A DNA stretch of 64,000 bases from a virus. The notes under the pieces are model-generated. The model was not told the origin of the DNA. It searched no databases and saw only the letters and a program-made list of their open reading frames with translations. Both the position numbers and the translations under genes were made by a program. How positions within the stretch are numbered: position 1 is the stretch's first letter; every line of letters starts with the position of its first letter. The stretch spans positions 1-64,000 of the IMG/VR virus record IMGVR_UViG_3300037200_000088. The stretch is one strand, 5' to 3'. This document shows positions 8,839 through 17,768 of the stretch, piece after piece.

Positions 8839-9010
8839 TTGGATTTTACCTCAGCCTCGTGATTGACGTGAGCACCGCGAGGCAGCAGTGCTCACGATCC
8901 CCTCGTGGCGCCAGGGAGCCAGCGCCCGTCATAGGGAATTCGGATTGGAATTTAGGGGAAGGATTTTCAGACGAACGCAAAAGCGCCGAAGGCTTCTAGC
9001 GCGCGCCGGC

Positions 9011-9955
9011 TCAAGCCAGCGAATTTATATCCTCATTTCGAGCCCTCAAATAGCGATCGAAGGCGCGCTCCAGGTCCGGTTTATTGCCGGAAAACTCGAG
9101 GACGCCGTCAGTATTGCGCTTAAGGTCTGTCGTCGGATCGAACCCGTGCTCAAGGAACATATTCCAGCGGCTTTCGTAGCTACGGTCGCCCTTCCGGCCG
9201 TGGAAGGGATGCTCGATCGTGTGCTGAACGAACCCGAGTTTGCCGTTGATCTCAGTCGCCGCCCTTTGCCCCCAGGCTACGACCGCGTTGCGATAGTTGG
9301 CCGACACCGGCGTTGGCAATGAGGTTTCCGCTTTCCCGATTAGGCCAAGCGCCATATGAAAGTCGCCCGCCCCCATGCCACCGAGATCAAACAGGCCTCC
9401 GATGCGATCTAGTGTCGGGCGCGTCCATGCCCATGCGTAGCCTGGATGCGGGTAGTCGTAGTTTCCGCCTGACCACCGCCACAAGCCTTTCTCGCCGTTG
9501 ACGGGATTCCCCGAATGCCACGCAAAAGCGAACGAACGAAACAAGCTCATGCTCTCGTCGTTTGGACCAAGATCGTAGGCCGTGTCCCATGGTTGAACAA
9601 CCGGGTAGAGGTCTAGCGCCTTCAGCGTCGCGTCCGCCCAGTGACCGCGACGAAATTTTATGTCGGCGTCGAGCGTCGCTATCTTCATTGCCGAGCGCGG
9701 CAACCTGGAAATGCCGATGTTAAGCAGGCATTCCTTTGACCAAGCGAGCGTCGTCGCGCGCACGCCGATGTGGGTGACGCGCGCGCTGGCGAGATCGGCG
9801 AGCGCGAATGCTCGCGAGCCGTATGCCGCCTCGACTAATGTAACGTCGACTTCGGGGGCTTTGAGCCAGTCCGCGATTGCCGCGCGCGCTAACGCATCGC
9901 GCGTTTTCCAGCCGAGTGGATTGGCTACGCAAGTGATGACGTGCAAGGTTTCCAT
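9011..9955 (-). CDS. Putative GT-A-fold glycosyltransferase-like protein
   Basis: LHVITCVANP, WSKECLLNIG, LDADI (DxD), HPGYAWA, GAGD motifs. Confidence 0.55.
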   Translation of the reverse strand: METLHVITCVANPLGWKTRDALARAAIADWLKAPEVDVTLVEAAYGSRAFALADLASARVTHIGVRATTLAWSKECLLNIGISRLPRSAMKIATLDADIKFRRGHWADATLKALDLYPVVQPWDTAYDLGPNDESMSLFRSFAFAWHSGNPVNGEKGLWRWSGGNYDYPHPGYAWAWTRPTLDRIGGLFDLGGMGAGDFHMALGLIGKAETSLPTPVSANYRNAVVAWGQRAATEINGKLGFVQHTIEHPFHGRKGDRSYESRWNMFLEHGFDPTTDLKRNTDGVLEFSGNKPDLERAFDRYLRARNEDINSLA

Positions 9956-10000
9956 GAGCCGCCTCTTGCTCTGGGGGTGGGGGAAGGGTGTCGGACGCGC

Positions 10001-10237
10001 TCAGCGCTCCGCTTCAATCTGCCTGTCGATTGCGACGCGCGCCTTTTCGTGGCCGTGAAAGCCGAGGGCGTTGATCGCGGCTTGCTGCCCCGACCGGCGC
10101 GCCTCCATGAGGATAGGCAAGACGCCCGCGGCAATCCTGCGCTTTGTCTCGCGCGGGCCTTTCTTGGCGCGCGCAGCCTCGAGCGCGAGATCGGCTATCC
10201 TGTCGGCGAGCGGAGTGAGGCCGACGTCTTCGCTCAT
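10001..10237 (-). CDS. Hypothetical protein
   Basis: ATGA coupled to endolysin. Confidence 0.6.
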   Translation of the reverse strand: MSEDVGLTPLADRIADLALEAARAKKGPRETKRRIAAGVLPILMEARRSGQQAAINALGFHGHEKARVAIDRQIEAER

Positions 10238-11103
10238 GCCGCGAGCGCTTTCTCGTAAGCGTCGCGCGTGAGCGGCCCGTAGACGCCATCAATCTCGGCG
10301 AGGCCGACCGCCTCCTGAAAGGCTTCGATCTCCGCCTTCAGTGCCAGCGCGGCCGCGCGGACGGGCGTAGGCGCGCTGGCGACGCCTGCTGGGGCCGACG
10401 TCGGCGCTGCGGGGCTCGCCGGACCTGGAGCGATGCGGCCGGGCGTCGCGGCATTGATCGGAAGCATCTTACGGGCCTCGGCGAGCGCCGCCTGGTGGTT
10501 TGCAAGGTTGATGATCTCGCCCGTCGCGCGGCCGCTGCCCACGAGCGCCCAGACCGCGTTGAACTCGCCTTCGTCGCAATAGCTGAGAATGCCTCGATAT
10601 TGGACGAACAGCGCGACCGTGCATTCGAGCATGTGCTCGGCCGAAGTGACGATCGCCGGCGTCCGTAACAGCGGCAGCCCGGTCGCCTTTTCAAGGTCGG
10701 AAAAATTATCCCTGCCGGTGATTTGGATCAGACCTTGACCGCGGTAGAGCCATCCGTCATTCGGACCCGTGTTGCCCATTCGGCCGCCGTAGACCCGGTC
10801 ACAGAACGCTTGCGGATTGTGCGCGTAAGGGACCGCGCTTTCAACCGTGGGAAAATACTCATGAAACACCACATGCGCGCGAGCAGCGTCGTAGTTGTCG
10901 TTCTCCGTCAGGACGGTTAGGCCGCCAGTTTCCTCCAGGACGGTCGACATGAGACCGAGCACGCGGTTCTCGTTATTGAGCGCATACTTCGCAAAAACAG
11001 CTTCGGATTGATCGGCGATGGCCGCGACGATATCGACATGACCGTGCGGCGCGGCGCGGCGAATCTGATCCGCGGTGAGACAGAGCGACATGGGGTGCCT
11101 CAT
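10234..11103 (-). CDS. Endolysin, glycoside hydrolase family 19, with C-terminal PG-binding-like segment
   Basis: EETGG..LTEN, GRMGN..PNDGWLYRGQGLIQITGRDN; FQ...GL..IDGVYGPLT. Confidence 0.9.
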   Translation of the reverse strand: MRHPMSLCLTADQIRRAAPHGHVDIVAAIADQSEAVFAKYALNNENRVLGLMSTVLEETGGLTVLTENDNYDAARAHVVFHEYFPTVESAVPYAHNPQAFCDRVYGGRMGNTGPNDGWLYRGQGLIQITGRDNFSDLEKATGLPLLRTPAIVTSAEHMLECTVALFVQYRGILSYCDEGEFNAVWALVGSGRATGEIINLANHQAALAEARKMLPINAATPGRIAPGPASPAAPTSAPAGVASAPTPVRAAALALKAEIEAFQEAVGLAEIDGVYGPLTRDAYEKALAA

Positions 11104-11164
11104 TCACTTTGGTTGAGGATTAGGCGCGGGGTCGCGTTTGCCGAACTACCGACGTCCGCGATGG

Positions 11165-13282
11165 TCAGAAGCTTTCAACAATGATCGCGTACCCGCTCGC
11201 GCCAGCGCCACCTGCGCCCGCAGTCCCGCCGTTATCAGCGCAGCCACCTCCGCCACCACCGCCGCCAAAGGTGCCGCCAGCACCGCCTGCACCCGCGGCG
11301 GTTAGCGATGAACCACCTCCGGCACCGCCCGCTCCCGCTAGTTGTGTGTAGGGTTTTGCGCTCGTAAAAGACGCGCCGGCGCTACCAGTAACTCCCGCAG
11401 CGCCGCCTGAGGCTTGTGTCACGCCAAACTGCGGAAAACCGCCTGCGCCACCGCTGAATACAGCGTTAATGGCAGATATTCCCCCGCCTGCGCCAGCGCC
11501 CGATGCGCCGTTGTTTGGAGTAGACCAATCGGCGTTGCCGCCATTTGGCCCTGCACCACCATTCAGACCGCCCGCGCCGCTACCACCCGAGTTGAAAGAT
11601 CCGGAATTTGCAGCGTTACCGTTTGCGCCATAACCTCCGGCCACCCCCGCCCACGCGGCAGACCCTCCCGCGCTACTGCTGCCGTTACCCGCAGGCGACG
11701 TACCATATGCCCCGCCGCTTCCGCCACCGCCGGAATTTGAGGCAAGCTGACCGCCGGCCCCGCCGCCGCTTCCGTTAGCATAGAGTAAAGTTCCGAAGCT
11801 TGTGGTGCCTCCTCCAGCTCCATTGCCTCCGGCTGTGGTAGAACTTGTCGCGGCCGCACCGGCTGAGCCACCGCCGCCAATGGTAACTGTTAGAGATGTG
11901 CCGATTGCGGATATTGCAAATGTCGCTGCATTGGCTCCTCCTCCACCGCCGCCGGAGCCGCCCGAACAGGCGGCTAAGGATGCTTGAAGTGCGCCACCTC
12001 CGCCACCGCCTCCACCACCAACTAAAAATACGTCGACTTTCGCTGCACCGACGGTTGGAGTGTAAGTTGCCGCGCCGCCCGATGTCGTGAGTGTACAGCC
12101 ACTTGCGCATACGGTTATGATGTTCGTTTTATGGGACCACGTAATGTTTGCCTGTCCTGTCCCACAAAAAACAGAATTTGGCGAAGCAAATGCGATAAGC
12201 TTGTTGAGTGGGCCGATAGTTGTGCTTAGCGCGGTTAAGTCAATGTCCATCGCGCAAGTTCCACTCCCGGATTGCTGGAACAGCGTATTGTCAACGCTTA
12301 TATAGGGAGCGCTTATTCTTATGTTTGCTATTGTCGCAGTGTCGACCGCAACGCCATCAACAACATCAGAGTATCCATTGAGTTGCATATCATACTGTGG
12401 ATATAAACCGGATACGGCTTGCCAAGTGTGGGTCCCAGGACCAAAGTGGTTATTACCCGTTGCATTATCTATGATGTTAGATATCGACGCGCTGGTAGCT
12501 ATCAGCCCGGTAAAATCGCTGTCACTAGCGCCGTTTTCGAGATCGTGTGGGGGCAGATCAGCTAAAACACTGTAGCAAGTATGGCCGGTATCGTTTACGT
12601 TTTGAATGAGATTTCCGGTTCCAAGAGACTCTTCATAGCCTCCACTAGCTGTTCCATTTTGAGTTGCCGTTTGAAACCTAACGTTCGATCCCGTCATGGA
12701 AGCGTTTGCTACGTTCCGATAGACTACATTGTATGACGTAAAACCGCGAGAATAAGCGATGTCGAGATCATGAGCCGCAAGGCAGTAACCGTCTACCCGC
12801 AGGTTATTGAGACTAATCTGGACAAGTGTGCTGGCAACACCCTCTGTTAGAACCGAAGCGGGCGGCGTCGCACATCCCGGCATGACTCGTATCGTCGCCC
12901 CAGCAGAAGCTCCATTTATCACAAGCGAAACTGTCGTCGGGAGACTTACCGTGGCGGCGCATACGTTATACGCCCCGCTCGGCGGCGGCGGCAGATACAA
13001 CGTCCCTCCGCCGTCCGCAGTCAGTTGCGTGATCGCCGCGTTGATCGCCGCGCTATCATCCCCACCCGTTCCCGCCGATGCGTTGAAGTCCATCGGTGTG
13101 CGCGTCCACGCGGATCGTGTCGACGCGGAAGCTGCTGCCGAGCCGCCGTTCGCCGTGTACGGAACAGACGCCGACGGACCATTGAAATCCGCGAACGCGG
13201 GCGCGATGAACAGCCAAACAAACGCGAATAGCGCGAACCCGGCGCGCATCCTCGAAGCCGCGCGAGAGAGCAAGCCGCGCAT
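11165..13282 (-). CDS. Beta-helix (pectate-lyase-like) spike/fibre protein with Gly-rich C-domain and N-terminal signal peptide
   Basis: TPMDF...DDSAAINAAI...GGGTLYLP beta-helix cap; YTPT.GA..VDV.LVGGGGGG domain; FALFAFVWLFIAPAFA leader. Confidence 0.75.
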   Translation of the reverse strand: MRGLLSRAASRMRAGFALFAFVWLFIAPAFADFNGPSASVPYTANGGSAAASASTRSAWTRTPMDFNASAGTGGDDSAAINAAITQLTADGGGTLYLPPPPSGAYNVCAATVSLPTTVSLVINGASAGATIRVMPGCATPPASVLTEGVASTLVQISLNNLRVDGYCLAAHDLDIAYSRGFTSYNVVYRNVANASMTGSNVRFQTATQNGTASGGYEESLGTGNLIQNVNDTGHTCYSVLADLPPHDLENGASDSDFTGLIATSASISNIIDNATGNNHFGPGTHTWQAVSGLYPQYDMQLNGYSDVVDGVAVDTATIANIRISAPYISVDNTLFQQSGSGTCAMDIDLTALSTTIGPLNKLIAFASPNSVFCGTGQANITWSHKTNIITVCASGCTLTTSGGAATYTPTVGAAKVDVFLVGGGGGGGGGALQASLAACSGGSGGGGGGANAATFAISAIGTSLTVTIGGGGSAGAAATSSTTAGGNGAGGGTTSFGTLLYANGSGGGAGGQLASNSGGGGSGGAYGTSPAGNGSSSAGGSAAWAGVAGGYGANGNAANSGSFNSGGSGAGGLNGGAGPNGGNADWSTPNNGASGAGAGGGISAINAVFSGGAGGFPQFGVTQASGGAAGVTGSAGASFTSAKPYTQLAGAGGAGGGSSLTAAGAGGAGGTFGGGGGGGGCADNGGTAGAGGAGASGYAIIVESF

Positions 13283-13935
13283 CAGTTCGCCCCCACGCTA
13301 ACGGGCGTCGAAGCCGCCGAGGCAATAGCGTGCACAGCGCCTGTAGGAACCAACGTCCCGCCGTCGGGCCACGACCTATGCCAGAGCGGCGGGAGGGTGA
13401 TTTCGCCCGCGGCGCATTGAGTTCCCGTGATCGTTGCCGCCGCGCCGAAGTTGATGCAGACCGTCGCGGAAGGACTCCCGCTGATCACGTCGAGATAGTT
13501 GGTGACCGCGTTCGCCGCGAGGATTGTGACGTCGGAGGTCCCTACCGTCTGCGCCGTATAGGGCGACGCGGACTTCGACGGCGTCAGGCTTTCGACCGAA
13601 GCCGCCGCCGCCCCGACCGCCCCCGACGAAACCACCGCGCTTGCGCCATTCGCCCCAAGCGCCCAAATATGCGAGGTCGTCTGAACCGGCGCCGGCGGAT
13701 CCCCGAACCGCTGCACATGGCCGCCGGAATTGTTGGCCGGCTGCGAATCCGCGACCTGATAGATCACGTTGCCACCGACCGCGCCGAGCAGGATCGGGCC
13801 GGGGCCAAGGTCGGTGTAGGTGGTCGAGCTCAGCGAGACGACATTGGTCACCGTCGCCGCGTCGGCGGGGACCGCGGACGCGAGCCATAGGCACGCGATC
13901 GTCGCCGCAAACCACCGTTTCGACATTTCAAACAT
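13282..13935 (-). CDS. Small beta-sandwich protein with signal peptide (putative spike connector)
   Basis: SKRWFAATIACLWLASAVPADA leader; two beta-rich modules; TGATG coupling. Confidence 0.7.
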   Translation of the reverse strand: MFEMSKRWFAATIACLWLASAVPADAATVTNVVSLSSTTYTDLGPGPILLGAVGGNVIYQVADSQPANNSGGHVQRFGDPPAPVQTTSHIWALGANGASAVVSSGAVGAAAASVESLTPSKSASPYTAQTVGTSDVTILAANAVTNYLDVISGSPSATVCINFGAAATITGTQCAAGEITLPPLWHRSWPDGGTLVPTGAVHAIASAASTPVSVGAN

Positions 13936-13949
13936 CTTGTAAGCCTCGC

Positions 13950-16538
13950 TCAGATCCCGCCGTCAGCTGTGTAGTGGGCGCACAACAGATCGCCGATGCC
14001 GCTCACCGTCGCGCCGGCCTGGATCGTAAAGCCGTTGGCGCTGACGCCAGCCGCGGGAACCGAGGCCGTCACGCTGGCGCCGGCCGTCACGTCCCACCAA
14101 TTGGCGTTGGCGGCATCCGGATTGAATATCGCGATCGTCGGCGCCTTCAGCATGGGCGTCTCGAACGGGACCGTCAGCGAAGGCTCGCCGTTGGCAATCG
14201 GGTTGCCGACACACGACGCGCCCCCCGTCGCGCCTGTCGCTGTGAGGGTCCCCGTCGCCGGCGATGTTCCGCCGCCAAATGTATAGGTGAAGGTCGTCGG
14301 GCTCGTGACCGTGACCGCGTAGGACCCATTGTAGGCGCTCGGCGTCGCGCCCGCGATAGTCAAGGTCTGGCCGTTGGCGATCAGCGCGGTGTTGGCGACC
14401 GTCGCCGTCGCCGTAGTCGAAGACGATGTCAGGCTGCTGATTGAGAGCGATCCGGCGTTTTGAGCCGGCAGCACGCCTTGCGGGAAACTCGACCGATAGA
14501 ACAGCCGTACGCGGCCAAGCTCTTCGGCATAGCTGCGCTGCTGCCAGCCGTTGTCCGCCTCCGCCGCCACCAGACGCACAGAGCTATAGTCGAGCGACGA
14601 ACCGTTCGGCTCCGAGACGAAGGGCGTCGCGCTCGCCGCCGCATTGGCGTTGCCGCCGATCCACTGCCGATAAGTTGATGTCTGCGAGCCTGTTCCGCTT
14701 CCGGTGTCGAACACGACCTTGAGCGAAGCCAAGCCAGGCGCAGTGATTGCAAAATTCGCGTTCGGCGCGGTCTGGTTGTAATTGTCGTAGGGAATTCGGA
14801 AAGAGAAGGTCTGAAGCGTTCCCGCTGCGGCTGTGTAAGTGAACGGGATGACATAGTCGGTCGTGGCGTTGATATTCTGGATCGACACGCTCTGGGTGAG
14901 CGGCGTCACCGAAGACTTCATCTGGAACGACAGCACCAAATCGCGCGGCGTCTGATTACCGCCAGACGTCCAGTTCAACTCTTGGGCGAAGGCGCCGGGG
15001 ATATCTTGAACGATGCCATGAAGTTCGCCTGAGGCCGGTGAACCGCTGGTCGAGACAACGGCATGCAGGCTCGACGCGCAAAATCCGAAGTTGTTGGCGA
15101 CGGTCTCGAAAAATTCAGAGCCGGTCGATTGATACGTTCCCCATTGATCCGGACCAAACCCCGCGGAGAACGCCGTGCGGTTTTTTCGCTGGTCGAAGTA
15201 GAAGCAAGGATTGGTGATCAGGTTGCCAGATTGCGGTGTGGTGAAATTGCTGCCGCCGACGATGTTGGTCGCACCCTTCAGCCCGTTAAAATCGTTCGGA
15301 CCGAGCCCCACGTTGAGTACATTTCCGACGTCCGAATAGCCGTAGCTGGTGTTGCCTCCGCCGTCGTCATAGACGGTGTTGCCCTCGAGATAGCTGCCGT
15401 TGGCGACATTCGACGGCTGCCCCGGGACCGAAGCGACAAAGCCAGAGTTGTAATAGTCGGAATGGTTGCAGGTGCCCGCGTCGACGGCGCGGTTCCCGAG
15501 CAGCGAGACCTTGCCGTAAAAGGTAAAACCCGCGCCACACGTCTTGTAGGACGTGTTGCCCGATACGACGACGCCGTTGTAGCCGATCTCGTAGCCGTCC
15601 AGCCAAGTGTTGCTGGCGTCGGCCGATGTCATCGAATTCTCGACCTTGTTGTCCTCGACGGTCACGTTCTTGGTGACAGGGTCCGACCAGCCGACGACCT
15701 CGAAGGTAATCCCGGCGCCATACCCCCAGCCGTTGACTCGGTTGCGGTCGATGTGGTGATTGTCGCCGACGCCGAAGACGCCGACGCCGGTATTGACCAG
15801 CCAATTATCGGTGACGTCCAAATTCGACGATGGAAAACTCTGGTTGCCGCAGTTGACGCCCTCGTTGAACTGGTTGCTCGGCGCGGTCAGCGAGAAATAA
15901 TTGCGCGCGATATGCGCGCTGGTCATGCCGTAGCACTGGATCAGATAGAGCGCGCCGCCCGTGGTGAGAGAGCCGTTGACAACCGCGCTATCCTCGAAAT
16001 CGAGAGCGCCGCCCGGCGAGGCATAGATTCCGCCGGCGTAAACCGAGGCCGTGTTGCCGCCTAGATCGAGCGTGAAATGTTCGAAATGATGCGTCTGCCC
16101 GTTGCCGGCGAGGGTCAGAATAACGCCGTTTGGCGTCTGTCCGGAGGCCACCTTGAGGCCGCCGCCGTGGATGCCTTCGAAACGGAAATTCTGATTGATG
16201 GTCGGGAAGTTCGCCCAGTTGACCAGGCACGTCCCGGGAAAGGTGACCTCGAAGCCGCCGGACGTCAGATTGAGCTGGTTGATCATCGCCGTGACTTTGG
16301 CGGTGTCGTTGGTCGCGCCATCGCAGGCGAGACCAAAATCGAGGCGCGCGTCGAGTTGCGCGCCATCGTGGGTCGCGCGCCGCGCCGGCGACGCCGGGAA
16401 CAGGCCCGGGCCAACGCCGGTGAACGGCACGAGCGGCCCCGAGGGTGCGCCCGTTCCGGCAGGAACAGCAAGCGCCGCGGTAGACAGCGCTCCCCCAAGC
16501 GCGAAAGCTAGATAGCCGGCGAGAAGTCGCTTGATCAT
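13950..16538 (-). CDS. Right-handed beta-helix tailspike/depolymerase-like protein with signal peptide
   Basis: DFGLACDGATNDT cap, Asn-ladder repeats, fibre-type C-terminal modules; MIKRLLAGYLAFALGGALSTAALA leader. Confidence 0.8.
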   Translation of the reverse strand: MIKRLLAGYLAFALGGALSTAALAVPAGTGAPSGPLVPFTGVGPGLFPASPARRATHDGAQLDARLDFGLACDGATNDTAKVTAMINQLNLTSGGFEVTFPGTCLVNWANFPTINQNFRFEGIHGGGLKVASGQTPNGVILTLAGNGQTHHFEHFTLDLGGNTASVYAGGIYASPGGALDFEDSAVVNGSLTTGGALYLIQCYGMTSAHIARNYFSLTAPSNQFNEGVNCGNQSFPSSNLDVTDNWLVNTGVGVFGVGDNHHIDRNRVNGWGYGAGITFEVVGWSDPVTKNVTVEDNKVENSMTSADASNTWLDGYEIGYNGVVVSGNTSYKTCGAGFTFYGKVSLLGNRAVDAGTCNHSDYYNSGFVASVPGQPSNVANGSYLEGNTVYDDGGGNTSYGYSDVGNVLNVGLGPNDFNGLKGATNIVGGSNFTTPQSGNLITNPCFYFDQRKNRTAFSAGFGPDQWGTYQSTGSEFFETVANNFGFCASSLHAVVSTSGSPASGELHGIVQDIPGAFAQELNWTSGGNQTPRDLVLSFQMKSSVTPLTQSVSIQNINATTDYVIPFTYTAAAGTLQTFSFRIPYDNYNQTAPNANFAITAPGLASLKVVFDTGSGTGSQTSTYRQWIGGNANAAASATPFVSEPNGSSLDYSSVRLVAAEADNGWQQRSYAEELGRVRLFYRSSFPQGVLPAQNAGSLSISSLTSSSTTATATVANTALIANGQTLTIAGATPSAYNGSYAVTVTSPTTFTYTFGGGTSPATGTLTATGATGGASCVGNPIANGEPSLTVPFETPMLKAPTIAIFNPDAANANWWDVTAGASVTASVPAAGVSANGFTIQAGATVSGIGDLLCAHYTADGGI

Positions 16539-16548
16539 CGTAGGTCTC

Positions 16549-16902
16549 TCAAACCAGATTGTAGACAGTTGCCGTGGCGGCGTTCGAACCTGGAAAGTTG
16601 AACTGCGTGCATTGGAACGGGTAAGTCTGCCAACCGACTCCCACCGGCAGCGTCAGCGCCGACGAATCTGGAAATGTGAACGTCAGATTGCCAGCAACAG
16701 ACGCCAGCACGCCGACCGATCGTTGCGGCTGATAATTCTGCCCTGCTGACATCGCGACCGCGCCAGCAAAAGCCGCGCTTTGCATGTCGGAGGTGACAGG
16801 CACAAACGGCCCGGCGCCGACACCGCTCTGATCGATGAAGGCAACCGGCTTGATGACCGGATCGGCGGTCCGCGCGTTGAGCGTGGTCAGGATTGCGGGC
16901 AT
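16549..16902 (-). CDS. Spike base protein (RcGTA Rcc01079-like)
   Basis: AVAM....RSVGV...AGNLTFTFPD....LPV..G..YPF pattern and size. Confidence 0.6.
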   Translation of the reverse strand: MPAILTTLNARTADPVIKPVAFIDQSGVGAGPFVPVTSDMQSAAFAGAVAMSAGQNYQPQRSVGVLASVAGNLTFTFPDSSALTLPVGVGWQTYPFQCTQFNFPGSNAATATVYNLV

Positions 16903-16914
16903 GTGGTCAAATCC

Positions 16915-17172
16915 TCACAGCAGATAGCCGGGCAAGCTCATGTCGAGCGTTAAGGTCACCAGAATCGATCCAGGCAGGCTCATGTCGAGCGTCAGCGTCA
17001 CGGGGGCAGGATCTGGCACGCCTTCCGTTAAGCTCGCCAAGGCCGCTGCCTGCGCCGCGCTGGCCGTTGCTGCGGTTGCAGCCGCCGCCGACGCCGCCGC
17101 ACTCGCCGCGGTCGCCGCAATGGTCATGGCAAGGCTCGGCACGGCGGAAGGTTGATGGCCGCCTCCGCGCAT
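16915..17172 (-). CDS. Ala-rich small protein ending in two TLTLDMSLPG motifs
   Basis: Paralog of the C-terminus of the upstream gene; AGGA SD. Confidence 0.55.
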   Translation of the reverse strand: MRGGGHQPSAVPSLAMTIAATAASAAASAAAATAATASAAQAAALASLTEGVPDPAPVTLTLDMSLPGSILVTLTLDMSLPGYLL

Positions 17173-17228
17173 GGCGCAAAATCCTAAAGCAGGGTGTAGC
17201 CGGGAACGCTCATGTCGAGCGTTAAGGT
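16936..17228. repeat. Three copies of GCTCATGTCGAGCGT (16936, 16978, 17208)
   Basis: Copies 1 and 3 share 21 nt (GCTCATGTCGAGCGTTAAGGT). Confidence 0.9.
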
Positions 17229-17741
17229 GATCGGGAATTCGTCATCGTATACTGAGACGAGCGTCGCCACGGCTGCAGCAGCAGCGCCAGCCGAGACCGC
17301 CGCCGTTACCGCACTGCCCGCCGCTGCCGCGATGGCGCTGGCGACGCTCGGCATGGCAAAGAGCGGTTGTGCCCCAGCCATCCTCCAGGTGTCGTCGGCG
17401 CCCGTAGGAGCGCTCGGCGATCCGCCCACGGCAGCCTCGGTTACGCCGCCGTGGAAGGCGATCGATCCCCAGCCCGCAAGTTCGAAATCGCAGCCCGGCA
17501 GGATAAAGCCGAAATCGTAAGTCGCGGGCCCTGGCGTCAGCGCCGCCAGGGCCGCCTCGGTCCACCGGAAAGTCACAACCGGCGCAATGCCGCCAGTATA
17601 GATCTGGTCCCCGCTGTCCGAGTCAAGCAAGAGTTGATCGGACCAATTGCGGATTTGCATGCGCCATGTCGCGCTCGCGAGCGAGGGGTAGAGTGTCGCA
17701 AAATCCACGACCGCGAAGCTGACCTGCTGGCGTTGGTTCAA
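17184..17741 (-). CDS. Tail/spike adaptor protein, paralog of the N-terminus of 17769-19658 (start may lie about 20 nt upstream)
   Basis: Shared LN.R.Q, W..QIR, GF.LPG.D.E, APTGADDT blocks. Confidence 0.7.
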   Translation of the reverse strand: MNQRQQVSFAVVDFATLYPSLASATWRMQIRNWSDQLLLDSDSGDQIYTGGIAPVVTFRWTEAALAALTPGPATYDFGFILPGCDFELAGWGSIAFHGGVTEAAVGGSPSAPTGADDTWRMAGAQPLFAMPSVASAIAAAAGSAVTAAVSAGAAAAAVATLVSVYDDEFPITLTLDMSVPGYTLL

Positions 17742-17768
17742 GGATGCGACATATTTGATGATCGCCTC

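Noticed and set aside
16915-17228. Diversity-generating retroelement TR/VR pair or CRISPR array
   Set aside because: No reverse transcriptase or cas gene in the window; differences are not adenine-specific; repeats are short, coding and irregularly spaced
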